Shown here: positions 35,908 through 52,470 of the stretch, piece by piece
Layout: every line of letters begins with the position of its first letter
How positions within the stretch are numbered: the stretch's first letter is position 1
The notes under the pieces: model-generated
Told to the model about the DNA's origin: nothing
Database searches by the model: none
Seen by the model: the letters and a program-made list of their open reading frames with translations, nothing else
NCBI RefSeq assembly: GCF_006345805.1
Contig: NC_043014.1
Span: forward strand, 30,008,001-30,072,000
From: Octopus sinensis
Taxonomy: Eukaryota
DNA: 64,000 nt
Reading direction: 5' to 3'
Program-made: the position numbers and the translations under genes

Positions 35908-37699
35908 GTATGTATGTATGTGTGTGTATATATTTGTGTGTCTGTGTTGTCTCCTCAACATCGCTTGACAAACGATGCTGGTGTGTTTACGTCCCCGTAA
36001 CTTAGCGGTTTGGCAAAAGTGACCAATAGAATAAGTACTAGGCTCGATTTGCTCGACTAAAAGGCGGTGCTCCAGCATTGGCCGCAGTCAAATGCCTGAA
36101 ACAAGTAAAAGAGTAAAAGAGTAAAAAGAGTAAAGGTATCTATCTCTCCTGTCAACAACAAATTCAAAGTAATTAATTGTCTTATCAAACAACTCTTTTT
36201 ACTATTCCAAGAAAAGTTCTTTGTATTGTTGTTTAATCTCTTCACATGCAAAAGTATTAAGGATATGATATTCACAGCATATATTAGTATATATTTATTA
36301 CTGAGAAGTTACATTTATTCCCACTTAAGGGTGGATGTTCTGTTAAAACAAATTATGTTGCAGTAGATACCACAAGAGAAACTCTCATTAGCTTTTGCTA
36401 ATTATGATAAATGTTATTAGAAAATGAAACTTTTGAACTTGGTTTTTGTAAATTTGACCAAAAGATAGGAAAAGAATAATTGAATCTTCATAAGACAGCT
36501 ATCCTTCCAATATTTCTGAGTAAAACTGAGTTCAGGATAATTTACAGTTGATTCTGAGTAGAGTATATTCTGGAGTTCTTAACAAAATATGGAGAGTCTT
36601 TTCATGACTTACAAACACTGAATGTATAAACAACAAACTTTAAACATGATGACTCTGAATCATAATTCTTTACCTGTTGAAATAAAGGTCAAACAAGTTC
36701 TCATCATGTTAGCTTTATTTGCCGTTCACTATCTTTACTATAACCATATTTCACCTCTGGATACAAGGAGTCCTGGTTAATAAATAACAGATGGCAGATT
36801 CTTCAGATTCAATTGGTTCAAAGGTCAAGAACAAAATCAGTTCTGTTGGTATCATAGTGTTTCAGTATGTTTCTATCAAACCCCTGGAACAATAAATTCT
36901 ATTAACTATCCTTCACACCTTCAAAATGGAATCAAGTTCCCCATTAGTCACTATTCAGAAATACTATTCACTACCCTTCATAAAATGATATACTTGAGGA
37001 TATACCTAAGTTTTTTCTGATCTTAGCTACATTCTCTGATCAAAATCAGGTCACTTAAAAATCAGCCTTTAACTGATTCAAGTAACTGGGACGATAGAAA
37101 ATTAAGAAAAAAGTCATTTAATATAGTTTGTAGAGTTGTCATTTTAGTAAGAAACTGATTTATAGAGCACTCATATCCTTGTAGTTGAACTCCCAAATGT
37201 CACATTGAAAGATTGCTACAGTTAAAAATATAGAATAATACTGGTATACTTTAAGGAAATTACTACCTGTGCAGTCACAAAAATGATAGTTTTCCTGGAA
37301 AGGGCCAAAAGTCTGCATTTATACATCTTATGCTGTGCTATGCTCCTGACAACAACTCTAATATCTTAAGAATAAGGATAAGAATGTGCACACCACATCA
37401 CTGTATGATAAATGTAAATGAATTAGAGGGCTATAAAACATTAATTATGGGTCTCTGTGTTTACTTTCTCACTATTTTATATTCTCCTCACAATTGTTTA
37501 TCAGTTTCTCTCCTCTTGCTTTCATTTTTATGTCTAGATTGCTTTTGTTCAGCACATTTTGTGACTTCTGTGCATTTTTTCACATTGGTATGCAGCAGGA
37601 GGTGGTGGAGCACCAAATCTTAGCATTTATTTTCTTTGAAATGCTTTTGCTTGATGGTCTTAATCTTTTCTAAAACTGAGCTGAGTAATATAAATTGAA

Positions 37700-37983
37700 C
37701 AGATGTAACATAGTGCTGTTATAAAATAAAACAGTATGTGGCATAGTGTTAGTATTAAATAGAGCGGCTTATGACATATATTAAGTAGTACAATATGTGA
37801 CATAGCATTAGTATTAAATAGAAGAGTATGTGACATAATGCTTGTATTATACAGAAATGTGTGTAACTTAGTATTAAATAAAACATTATGTGATATAGCA
37901 TTAGTATTAGATAGAGCAGAATGTGACATAGTATTAATATTAAGTAGAGCAGTATGTGACATAATGTTAGTATCAAATCGAAC
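37700..37983. repeat. degenerate ~33-bp minisatellite (~8 units)
   Basis: Unit tatgtgacatagcattagtattaaatagagcag. Confidence 0.8.
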
Positions 37984-38969
37984 TGTTAGCTGACCTATTT
38001 GTTAGTATTTAGCAGAATAGTTATGTCAATATTATATAAAGCGTGGAAAGAGGCAGTATTGTTAAGCTTTCATAAGAACTGGTTGAATCAGTTAAAAATA
38101 CTGTTTAGTTGTAATTTGTTTAGTATTTGTTAACATGGGATGACTCAGACACTGGAAATTTGACCCACACATGACATTTATCTGTAATTTGTGCATCCTT
38201 AAAATTCCAGGAAACATTCAGGTGACTATGAGGTGTGGTTACAATTCTTATGGTCAGTTCAACTAAGTGCCATTTTGATTTTGTTGATTGCAAGAGGTTA
38301 GCCTGTTATCATGAGTCTGGAATATTCCCCAAAGTATAAAAATAAATGTCCTAAAGTAAAAGTATAAGAAATACAGTAATAAAAACAAAAAGTCACAAGG
38401 AATAGTAAAGAAATCTTTCTCTCTCCCTCTCTCTCTCTCTCTCACTTTTACTCTGGCTCTCTGTAACTCTTGCTTTCTCCCTTCTTTTTTTCTCACTAAC
38501 ATATACGAGTTTATATATTTAAACCGGTGCATATACAGGTTTAAGTATATACTTTATTTCAACCTGCTTGAAGTCTTCTCTATTACTGGGTTATCTTAGG
38601 TAGAATATTAATTGCAGGGATGGTGTTAAATAATTGCCTTTGTATGTGCATGTTGGTGTATGTATGTATGTATGCATGTATGGATTCATGGATGTATGTA
38701 TGCATGTATGTATGTATGTATGTATGTATGTTTGTATGTATGTATGTGTATGTATGTGTATGTATATATATATATATATATTATATATATATAAAATATT
38801 ATTAGAGACAAAACCACTATTTTGCAAAACAAACAAGGAAAGACTTAATCAATACATAAAATTTTAATAAATAGTCAATAGTCAATAATAATATTTTACT
38901 ATAAAATTGGGTTTAATCCTAAATCTGATTTTTTTCCCTGTAAATTTGGATTTATTCCCTAATATTTAT

Positions 38970-39007
<38 letters not shown>

Positions 39008-39021
39008 AATATGTATATATC

Positions 39022-39055
<34 letters not shown>

Positions 39056-39118
39056 TGTATGTATGTATGTATGTATGTATGTATGTATGTATGTATATAT
39101 ATAATATGTATATATCTC

Positions 39119-39152
<34 letters not shown>

Positions 39153-40046
39153 TGTATGTATGTATGTATGTATGTACAAGGGATAAAAGAATGAAATATG
39201 TAAACAACGGGAAACATTTTTTTTTAAAAGAAGGGAGAGAGAAAAACACGTCCGTTCTTTTAAATATCCATGCAGGAAATGAATGATGGTCACATGAGGA
39301 AAATAAAGATGGATGATGGTCATGTGAGCAATGAGAGAGAGAGAAAGAGAAAAGGAGAAAGAGGGGAGAGAGAGAGGAGAGAGGGGAGAAAGGAAAGAGG
39401 AAGAAAACAGTATACAGTAGAGAGGCGCATCAAAAAGATGAAGATAAACTTACTTGGAAATGGATGTGCCACGTTCAATTAAATGATAAATAATAGTCTC
39501 TCTCACTTTCTCCCATCTTTCTCTTTCTCTCTCTCTCTCATTGCTCACGTGTGACCATCGTCCATCTTTCTTTTCTTGCATGGATGTTTAAAAGAACGGA
39601 TGTGTTTTTCTCTCTCCCTTCTATCTTTTCTCTTTTCAAAAAAAATATTTCTCCCAATATTCACTATTTTCCTCTTGTACTGGTCTAACAACCCTCCATG
39701 TTTGTTTGCATTTGGTTTCCTCGTATGTCTCCACTGTCATTTTTTTGTTCCTAACTTTGACCCTCCATAAATCCTAAATTTTAGTTTAGAATTTATAGGA
39801 GCAACTGTCTTTGAAAATTCATATTGTCCTTGAATGCTTGAAATGAGAAGTAGATAGACAGCCAACAACTGATGAAGGGTCTTTTCTCTGTGTTTACTTC
39901 TCCTGTTTCCTATTTTTCCGTTGTTTACGCATTCCATGTTATTTGAACCGTTGGTGATGTCCTGTACCCATATATGCATGTATATATATATGCATGTATA
40001 TATATATGCATGTATATATATATATTATATATATATATATATATAT

Positions 40047-40240
40047 GTGGCACGTAAAAAGCACCCAGTACACTCTCGGAGTGGTTGGCGTTAGGAAGGG
40101 CATCCAGCTGCAGAAACTTTGCCAGATAAGACCGGAGCCTGGTGCAGCCTCCTGGCTTCCCAGATCCTCGGTCGAACCGTCCAACCCATGCTAGCATGGA
40201 GAACGGACGTTAAACGATGATGATGATGATGATGATGATG
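40047..40240 (+). mobile_element. RTE-family 3' tail with (GAT)n
   Basis: gtggcacgtaaaaagcacc...ctagcatggagaacggacgttaaacgatgatgat. Flanked by (TA)n on both sides. Confidence 0.9.
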
Positions 40241-40333
40241 ATATATATATATAATATTTATTATTCATTATTTAATTAAACGTGACACATCCATTTCCAA
40301 GTAAGTATGTATGTGTGTATACCTATACATATA

Positions 40334-42029
<1,696 letters not shown>

Positions 42030-42084
42030 TATATGTGTGTGTTGTTTATGAATGTATGCATATATATATGTATGTATTTATGAA

Positions 42085-42225
<141 letters not shown>

Positions 42226-42538
42226 ATATATATATACATAAATATATATGCATGTATTTATGTATGAATCTCATTTACATGAATATTTGCTCATCGTCAT
42301 GGACTGGCGATTCAGTTTGCATCCAATTCGGTTCAGTACATGATGGTCATAAGCCACAAAAATGGTGTAACATCAATGTCCATCACTCCTGAATGGGATT
42401 CAGGTTGTTTTATCATATTTGTTCATGACTTTCAGGTGTTTTAACACTCAACACTCTGCTGGAATCATCTCCACTGCACCAAATTGCAGCCTACTCGCAA
42501 ACATGTGAGGTTAATACATTTAGTATGTGTGTTTAATA

Positions 42539-42602
<64 letters not shown>

Positions 42603-42651
42603 ATGCGCATGTGTGTGTGTGTTGTGTACGCGCGTGTGTGTGTGTGTGTAT

Positions 42652-42682
<31 letters not shown>

Positions 42683-42683
42683 T

Positions 42684-42722
<39 letters not shown>

Positions 42723-42944
42723 TAATAATAATAATATGATAATAATAATAAAAAGGAAATTCGTGGTACAGTAAAATATATTTGAAAAAATGAGTAGAGA
42801 TGGCTTTTGAGGAGATAATTTTTCTTTTAATGATAATGTTTACAGTTACTCTAATGAGTTTTGAGCTTTTCGATAGGTGTTTTTAAACTGAAAATCTGTG
42901 GTTTAGAAGGTTGTTTATATAGCAAAAGATTTTTTTTTACAGGC

Positions 42945-43138
42945 ATCATCATCATCATCATCATCATTTAGCGTCCGTTTTCCATGCTAGCATGGGTTGG
43001 ACGGTTCTACTGGGGTCTGTGAAGCCAGAAGGCTTCATCAGGCCCAGTCAAATCTGGCAGTGTTTCTACGGCTGGATGCCCTTCCTAACGCCAACCACTC
43101 CGTGAGTGTAGTGGGTGCTTTTTACGTGCCACCCGCAT
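42945..43138 (-). mobile_element. RTE-family 3' tail
   Basis: catcatcat ttagcgtccgttttccatgctagc...gcttttacgtgccacc. Confidence 0.9.
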
Positions 43139-43139
43139 G

Positions 43140-43500
43140 CAAATAAAAAATGAAAATATAAAGAGTATAAAAACTAATATAAAAATAATATAAGAAATAA
43201 TAAAAGAATACAAAAAGTAAGTAGAACAGCATGTGTGAAAACAGAAAAAAGGCAAAATGAAGAAGAAAATGGTGGAAGGTAAGAAAAAAAATTGTTTATA
43301 TAACAAAAGATTTTTTTTATTACAAGTACACAAATAAAAAATGAAAATTGAAAATAAAAGATAGAAGAAAATAAAGAGTATAAAAACTAATATAAATAAT
43401 AATAAAAGAATACAAAAAGTAAGTACAACAGCATGTGTGAAAAAAGAAGAAAGAAAAAGGAAAAGAGAAAAAGAAAAAGATGGAAGGTAAGAAGACAAAA
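43140..43500 (+). repeat. diverged A-rich tandem duplication, period ~213 bp
   Basis: aagagtataaaaactaatataaa...aagtaagta.aacagcatgtgtgaaaa at 43161 and 43374. Confidence 0.75.
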
Positions 43501-44499
43501 GTAGTTGAAATGGTAGTGAAAAGAGATTAGTCTATCAGGAATAAAGAAATGGAATATTTTAGGAGTGGTCAAAAATGGTGTTGAGTTCTTGAGGTCATTT
43601 CATCCATTTTTCACAATTGGTATGGTGTGCCCTTATTTAGTCACATACACACATACACACACAACCACACACATACATACACACATACATACACACATAC
43701 ATACACACATACATACATAATACATACATACATACATACATACATACATACATACATACATACATACATAATACATACATAAATACACATACATCCACAT
43801 ATCTACACATGCGTGTATACATACATCCACACACACACCTGCATCTATGTACACACATATATACACATACATTCACACATACACCCCACACACACAAGCA
43901 CATTCACATACATACACGTCTCCATCTGTATACATATACATAAATATCCATGCATACACACACACATAAACACACATATATATAAATACCCTCCACACAC
44001 ATATATACACACATACACATACATATACTCACACATACATATATATGTGTATACATGCATATGTGTTCACACATACACACATAAGAGGGTGTACATCCTT
44101 ACAAACTTATATCCCTATATTTTTATGTAAATATACATACCTGCACACACATACATACATATATACACACACATATAGATATTTCCATGCATATATGCAC
44201 ATGCATACATAAGATAGTACAAAAAAGAGGGTATACTCATATCAGGTAGATGTAAGTGTCATCAGAAAACAGAATTGGATCTCTTACTCTCAAGGGGCCC
44301 AGATGAATTTAACTTCACAGCAAGAAGTGCAAGAGAAGGCATCAGCGTCAGATTCTCTCATGCATTGAATGTCAAGTTCTAAGAAAAATTTTTTTAGCCA
44401 AGTAAAAAATGTGCATGCCATAAAATCAAATGGCTGTATCCCTGCATAGTCACAGTTCATGGGCTGAAACTAGTTCAATTTAATTCAATTCATATATAC

Positions 44500-47120
44500 T
44501 TTTCCTTATTCAGGCAGTATTTGGTTAGTGTCTTTCTGTGGATTGTTGAGACAGTAGTTCTGGTGTGCAATTATTTTTTTGTTCAGTTTTAGCTGATATT
44601 TTTGAATAAAATATTTTTCCTTGGCCTTATGAATATGTTCGTCTTCTGTCCACAATTTGAAGATAGGGAATATTTTAAATTTTCTTTTTCCTTTTTTTTC
44701 AAAATATTTGCTACAGGTTCTTTTTCTAATGGAGGGGTCATGGATCACTTGTTTGTGTATCCTTACTTTCTCATATAGTCTACATTTCAACAATGTAGTA
44801 TTCCTTGCTACATTGTTTTTTTTATGTTGGGTGCTTGCAGTCTGCTATAAATTATTTTGGAGTTTGTTATTAATCGGTTCATTCTTGATTAAGGCTGAAG
44901 GATTGGGAGGTATCATTTTGCAGTGTTGATGATGTGATTTCATGGGTTGTGGGTGATGACAAAAGGAATGCCTATGAGTTCATTTTTATATATATTTTTT
45001 GTGTGTTTCTTTTCCTCTGAGGGTTGTGGTTGGGATGATTTTTGCTTTGGTGATTGCTGTATCAGTTAAACTAGTGGGATATTTTTGTTCCTTTAGAAAT
45101 ATTTTTAATCCCTGTAATCTTGTGTCTCTTAATTCTGCATCTATTATCATCGTGCAAATTATTTTTGCCATATTAAAGGGTATCCTTTTGGTATATGAGG
45201 GATGGGAGGAATGAAATTTCAAATGTTGGTGTGTGTCTGTAGCTTTGTAGAAGAGATCTGTTTTTATAGTGTTATTTTCTTTAATTAGAAGTAAGTCCAA
45301 AAATGGTAATTCCTTTGTGTTTTGTTCCATGGCGAATTTTACTGAAGTGTGTAAGTTGTTTAAAAGTGAGTTAAATATTCTTAAGTCTTCTTAGTTTTGG
45401 GTCCAGAATATAAAGTAATCATCTAAATATTGTTTCCAATTGTTTTTTTTAGATATAAATGGAGAATTGTTCATTAACTGTTTCCGTTAGTTGGGAATAA
45501 AGTTTGACCTCTAAGAACCTCATAATGAGTGTTGCATATGTAGGGGATGCTTTTGTCCCCATTGCTGTTCCTTTTATTTGCAAGTAGAAGTTGTTATCGA
45601 AGAAGTGATTATTTTCCAGTATTAATTTTAATCCTTCTAAAATGAAGATTTTTGAGAATCTTTCCATGATATGGTTCGGGTGTTTTGTTAACCAGAAGTT
45701 TATAGCTTCAATTCCTACATCATGTGAGATGTTGGTGTATAGACTAGTTACATCGAAACCAACTAGAATTGTATCCTGGTAAACACTTTTAGGTATGTAG
45801 TTTAAAAAGTCCATATTGTCCTGGACAAAACTTGGTATCATTTTGCATAAAGGTTTTAGAACTTTATCTGTCAAGTTGCTTAAGTGTTGTGTACTGGATG
45901 ATGGTCCTGCAGTGATTGGGCCTAGTTTCAGGTCTCTAGGTTTCAGAATTTGGCATATGTTGAATTGTTTCTTTTATGTTGTCTTGGATTTCTTTTGATT
46001 TGTAGATTTTGGGTAATCCATAGAAGATACTGGTTTTGACTTCGAAATTGGTTAAATAATTAACCTCATTTTAAGTTAGGTTATCACGATATTTTGAGAC
46101 CAGTCTATGTATCTTGCACATGATATTTCTATCATCGTTTTGGTTTAGATTCTTGTAGCAGAAGTGGTGGTTATTGAGTTGTTCCATAAGTATATCTTTG
46201 TAATGGTTCTTGTCCATGACAACTATTGCTCCACCTTAGTCAGCTTCTTTGAAAATTATCGAAGAATCTTTTTTTAACGCTTCCAATTGATCTTTAGATA
46301 TGTTGGATTTACATTTCCTCTCTGTCATAGTAGGTTGAGTTGATCATCGTAGGAGGCTAGTATATTCTTCTAAATGTTTGTCTCTATTTGAGGAGAGTCT
46401 GAATCCTGTTCTCTTTTTGACCAGTGATTCATCTGTGTGTTCAGTATTTAGAAAGAATTCTTTCAAAAGTAAATTTTGGCAAAATTCTTCTGTGACTTTT
46501 ATAAGTTCAGCTTGGTTGGGTTTTGGAGTGGGTGTAAATTTCAGTCCATTTTCCAGGAATTTAATTTCTTCTTTAGATAATTTCTTAGTGCATAAATTTA
46601 TTATTTTCAGTTTGCTTATGTGCTTGTTTTCTAATGTTTTGGGAAGACTGGTGTTATTTTTTTCTTTTTTGGTGGAATATCTCATCTTAAAAAATGGTTT
46701 CTGTTGGAGTTGGGAGTGTTTATGTGGTAATTTTGCATTTTCTGTATGTGAATATTTGCGGTTGGTTATTCGTGGGTAAATAGGTTCTTACTTGTTGGAT
46801 TGGGGGGTTGAATCATTATTTTAATGTTGTTCCATCTGGTTTGTTTGGGTCTATGATTTGGTGTTGGAACAGTTCTATTTGTTCTTTGGTTGGGATTGTA
46901 AGTCCTCTTATTTCTTGTTACATCTGCATATGATTGTAAATTTGTGTTTCTTAGTCTGTTTTGTGGGAAAATTTCCTTTCTTTTAGTGGTGTTTTGAGGT
47001 CTTAATGGTTGGTGTTTAGGTTTTATCTGGTTTTTACCATAGTTGGTAAACCACAGAATTTCAGTTTGAAAATGGCTATCAAAAAGCTTGAAACTTATTA
47101 GAGTAACTGTAAATGTTATC
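44500..47120 (-). mobile_element. near full-length decayed Penelope-like element (N-terminal region, RT, GIY-YIG)
   Basis: IINLCTKKLSKEE...GLKFTPTPK; KEADxGGAIVVMD; FDVTSLYTNI...GTAMGT; YLDDY; LPFLD...KATDTHQHL..HSSHP; IPFVITHNP; CSKEYYIVE...VRIHKQ...KEKYFIQKYQLKLN. Multiple stops and frameshifts, and an apparent linker deletion. Confidence 0.92.
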
Positions 47121-47220
47121 ATTGAAATAAAAATGATTGCCCCAAAAGCCATCTTTACTCATTTTTTCAAATATATATATATATATATATATACATATCT
47201 ATCTATCTATCTATCTATCT

Positions 47221-47270
<50 letters not shown>

Positions 47271-47340
47271 AGATAAAGAGAGAGAGAGAGAAAGAGAGAA
47301 AGAGAGAGAATGTAAGATTCAAGGACTGAGGTGTATGAAG

Positions 47341-48149
47341 AACATGAGCTTCAAGCAATCCGTAGAAATATAAAAAAAAACAACTTTCAGGAACAATAGT
47401 GGGTTATTGGGTTGGAAGGTTGTGGGTTATTCTTCCATATTGAAGTACGATAAACTGAAAAAAATTATTTTATATTTCATGGTAGACAACCAGAGTTGCC
47501 AGGTATGTGAATAGTGAGGGGAACCTTGGAAGTTGTAAATATCCAAGCGAGGTGTAAAATGCAGGCTACTCTTCAATCATATATATACATATATGATTGG
47601 CTTGTTTCAGAACATGAGCTTCAAGCAATCCGTAGAAATATAAAAAAAAACAACTTTCAGGAACAATAGTGGGTTATTGGTTGGAAGGTTGTGGGTTATT
47701 CTTCCATATTGAAGTACGATAAACTGAAAAAAATTATTTTATATTTCATGGTAGACAACCAGAGTTGCCAGGTATGTGAATAGTGAGGGGAACCTTGGAA
47801 GTTGTAAATATCCAAGCGAGGTGTAAAATGCAGGCTACTCTTCAATCATATATATACATATATGATTGGCTTGTTTCAGAACATGAGCTTCAAGCAATCC
47901 GTAGAAATATAAAAAAAAACAACTTTCAGGAACAATAGTGGGTTATTGGGTTGGAAGGTTGTGGGTTATTCTTCCATATTGAAGTACGATAAACTGAAAA
48001 AAATTATTTTATATTTCATGGTAGACAACCAGAGTTGCCAGGTATGTGAATAGTGAGGGGAACCTTGGAAGTTGTAAATATTCAAGCGAGGTGTAAAATG
48101 CAGGCTACTCTTCAATCATATATATACATATATGATTGGCTTGTTTCAG
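47341..48149 (+). repeat. three near-identical tandem copies of a 270-bp unit
   Basis: Units start at 47341, 47611 and 47880 (aacatgagcttcaagc...ggcttgtttcag) and differ by only a few bases. Confidence 0.95.
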
Positions 48150-48656
48150 TTTCCAGCAACGAAATTCACTCACAAGGGTTAGTTGGCCCAGTGCTATAGT
48201 AGACAACACATGCCCAAGGTGCCCCCTTATGGGACTGAACCAAAAGCTAGATGGTTCGAAGGCAACCTTCTTAGCCAAACATTAGTTTATATTACCTATT
48301 GTCTTCATGTGTGTTTACTGGTTGTAAACAAAACCTCACTGTTCATACAAACAGTTGTGTTTGTTTGCAGTGTTCTCTCAACACATGTCCAAGCTTCATG
48401 ACATGTCTTGATATGTGGTGTATCTTTCTAAACAAGAAATTAATTCAAACAGTGTCATTTATTTCCAGTTCTTCTTTGCTGAACTATGCCTGGGCTGTTC
48501 ATTGTCTAATAGAGTAGGAGGTTATTAACTTGCTTGGAAACAGATAAGGGCTGGCATTAGAATGGGCCCCAATCCAAAGAAACTTTATCCAATGTAGGCT
48601 TGTCTGACTCATGTAAGCATTGAAAAGTAGACGTTAAATGATTTAGATAATGATAA

Positions 48657-48707
<51 letters not shown>

Positions 48708-48789
48708 TATATATATAGATATAGATATATATACACACACACAGACACATATATATATGCATACACACACACATACAGTGTAGCGACAT

Positions 48790-49068
48790 GTAACAGCACC
48801 CATGCAGTGTCATGTAAAAATGCCCATGTGGTGCCATGTAAAAGTGGCCATGCAGTGCCAAATAAAAGTGCTCATTTGGTACCACATAAAAGCATCCAGT
48901 ACACTCTGTAAAGTGGTTGGCATTAAGAAGGGCATCCAGCAGCAGAAACCATGCTAAATTAGACTGGAGTCTTGTGTAGCAACCCCTTCCCCACCAGCTT
49001 GCCAGCTCTGGTCACACTGCCCAAACCATGCCAAAATGGATAAAATAGCATTAAATGATGATGATGAT
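48790..49068 (+). mobile_element. RTE-family 3' tail with ~24-bp subrepeats
   Basis: catgcagtgtcatgtaaaaa-type units, then gtggttggcattaagaagggcatccagc...ttaaatgatgatgat. Confidence 0.8.
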
Positions 49069-49641
49069 ATCTATATAAATAGATCAAAAATGGATTGATT
49101 TACACCCACTGGATCAAGTACCACTTCTTGCTGCCTTGGATAGGCAATTTGAACACTTCATTCCATTTGTACTTCAAGCTTGATTTTTAGTGGTATTTTG
49201 TGATATTTTGCAGAGGGTAAAAGTGGCTCTTACTGTCTTGTTCTTGTTACCACTTTTACCCTCCACAAAATATCCCAAATTTTATTTAATTTGCTTTGTG
49301 GGAAGGACTGTTTCAATGAAGTTGTGTCATGTCCTTACCTTCGAAACGCTAAGTAGATGAAACAGGGACAACTGAAGAAGGGGAATATTCCTTGTGTTGT
49401 ATGTCTTGTACTCTGTGTTTTTCGTTGTTTGAAAAAAGATCGTTTCTGTGTTTTTGTTTTTATGTTTTCGTTTCTCATTGTGTTCAACGTTTTTTTGATG
49501 TCCTGTACCTATATATGCATGTATATATACATATATATGTAGGTATGTACATATATGTATGTATATATGCATATAATTATATATTATTTATATTATTTTA
49601 TGATCGAATGCCACGCATCCTTTTCCATGTAACTTTTATCT

Positions 49642-49677
<36 letters not shown>

Positions 49678-50176
49678 CATGTATATAATCAAAATAAGCA
49701 ACAGGATATCAAGTAGTGATGCAGTATGGTTGTTTCAAGCGGCTCCATTTGATTGTACAATGCAATCATTACATCAATTTAAATGCAGTTCCATCATCAG
49801 CTGTGCAAATGAATAAATAGAATTTTAACCAGTTGGACAGATTAATATAATTTTTCTTAAATACTTTAACAGAGCAAGAAGACGGAAGAAATTCATGCTG
49901 TCACAATTGTAGTGAAGAATAGACTACACTTCCAAGAATCGCATGAAGCCCATTGGGGTCATAGCTTGTAAAGGATTGTGATTCATTTCTAAGTCATTTA
50001 TCTCTTTATCAACTTCTCAATCTAACGCTAGAGGACTGTGTCTGTATAGAATAAAGGACAGGGGTGAGTTGCTTATTTTGATTTTATTCACCTTACTTTG
50101 AGGTGTGCAGATATTACCGGACTGACTTGGTGCTTCAACTTAAGTACGTAATTCGACTGAATCTCAATTGCATGTG

Positions 50177-50226
<50 letters not shown>

Positions 50227-50229
50227 TGT

Positions 50230-50443
50230 ATACCGCCATGTTGATTCGCTAGCTTCTGCACGCATTTTTTTTCTTCCTTGTTTCTCTCCATGTTTCTTTT
50301 CTATGTATCTTTCTGTTGAAGAGCGTAGGCTCGAAACGTAAAAGACTTGTTTTATTTATATTCCTGAGCGCCATACAAATACAATTGTTTGTTTGTATTC
50401 CACCTGCCTTCGTCTTTTGTTTATTTTCATAAAGCTTCCCGTT
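50230..50443 (+). mobile_element. Penelope-type terminal repeat in (TA)n
   Basis: Same family as the 3' end of the Penelope element at 16520-16602; contains the best-preserved hammerhead copy. Confidence 0.7.
50308..50345 (+). ncRNA. minimal type I hammerhead-like motif (A6U core variant)
   Basis: TCTTT-CTGTTGA-A-GAGC-GTAG-GCTC-GAAACGT-A-AAAGA: helix I 5 bp, helix II 4 bp, palindromic helix III. Confidence 0.55.
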
Positions 50444-50476
50444 ATATATATATATATATGTATATATATGTGTGTG

Positions 50477-50550
<74 letters not shown>

Positions 50551-50586
50551 ATAGAGAGAGAAAGATGGCTGTACTTGTTCAGCAAG

Positions 50587-52261
<1,675 letters not shown>

Positions 52262-52280
<19 letters not shown>

Positions 52281-52470
52281 CATTTCACGTCCATTTTCCA
52301 TGCTTGCATGGGCTGGAAAGTTTGACAAGTGCTGGTAAGGCTAGGAACTGCTTCAGGCTCCACTGTTTTGGCATGGTTTCTACTGCTGGGTACCCTTCCT
52401 AACAGCAACCACTTTACAACATGTACTGGTTGCTTTTTAGGTGGCACCAGCACTGACAGGGTCAGTAAAC
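52262..52470 (-). mobile_element. RTE-family 3' tail
   Basis: catcatttcacgtccattttccatgcttgcatggg...cccttcctaacagcaaccac. Confidence 0.8.

Larger units (their letters stand above)
34911..36130 (+). mobile_element. SINE family A split in its central microsatellite (halves 34911-35075 and 35930-36130)
   Basis: The 5' and 3' halves are colinear and separated by about 850 bp containing (TA)n, a Penelope-type terminal repeat and an RTE 3' end. Confidence 0.7.

Noticed and set aside
44860-44980. In-frame TGA codons in the Penelope ORF as possible selenocysteine (Naiad-type)
   Set aside because: They fall at non-Cys positions consistent with CGA>TGA decay, other stops and frameshifts are present, and no SECIS was seen.
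49330-49395. Permuted hammerhead (ccttcGAAAcg...CTGAAGAagggg)
   Set aside because: Core words are present but helix I and helix III pairings are not supported.
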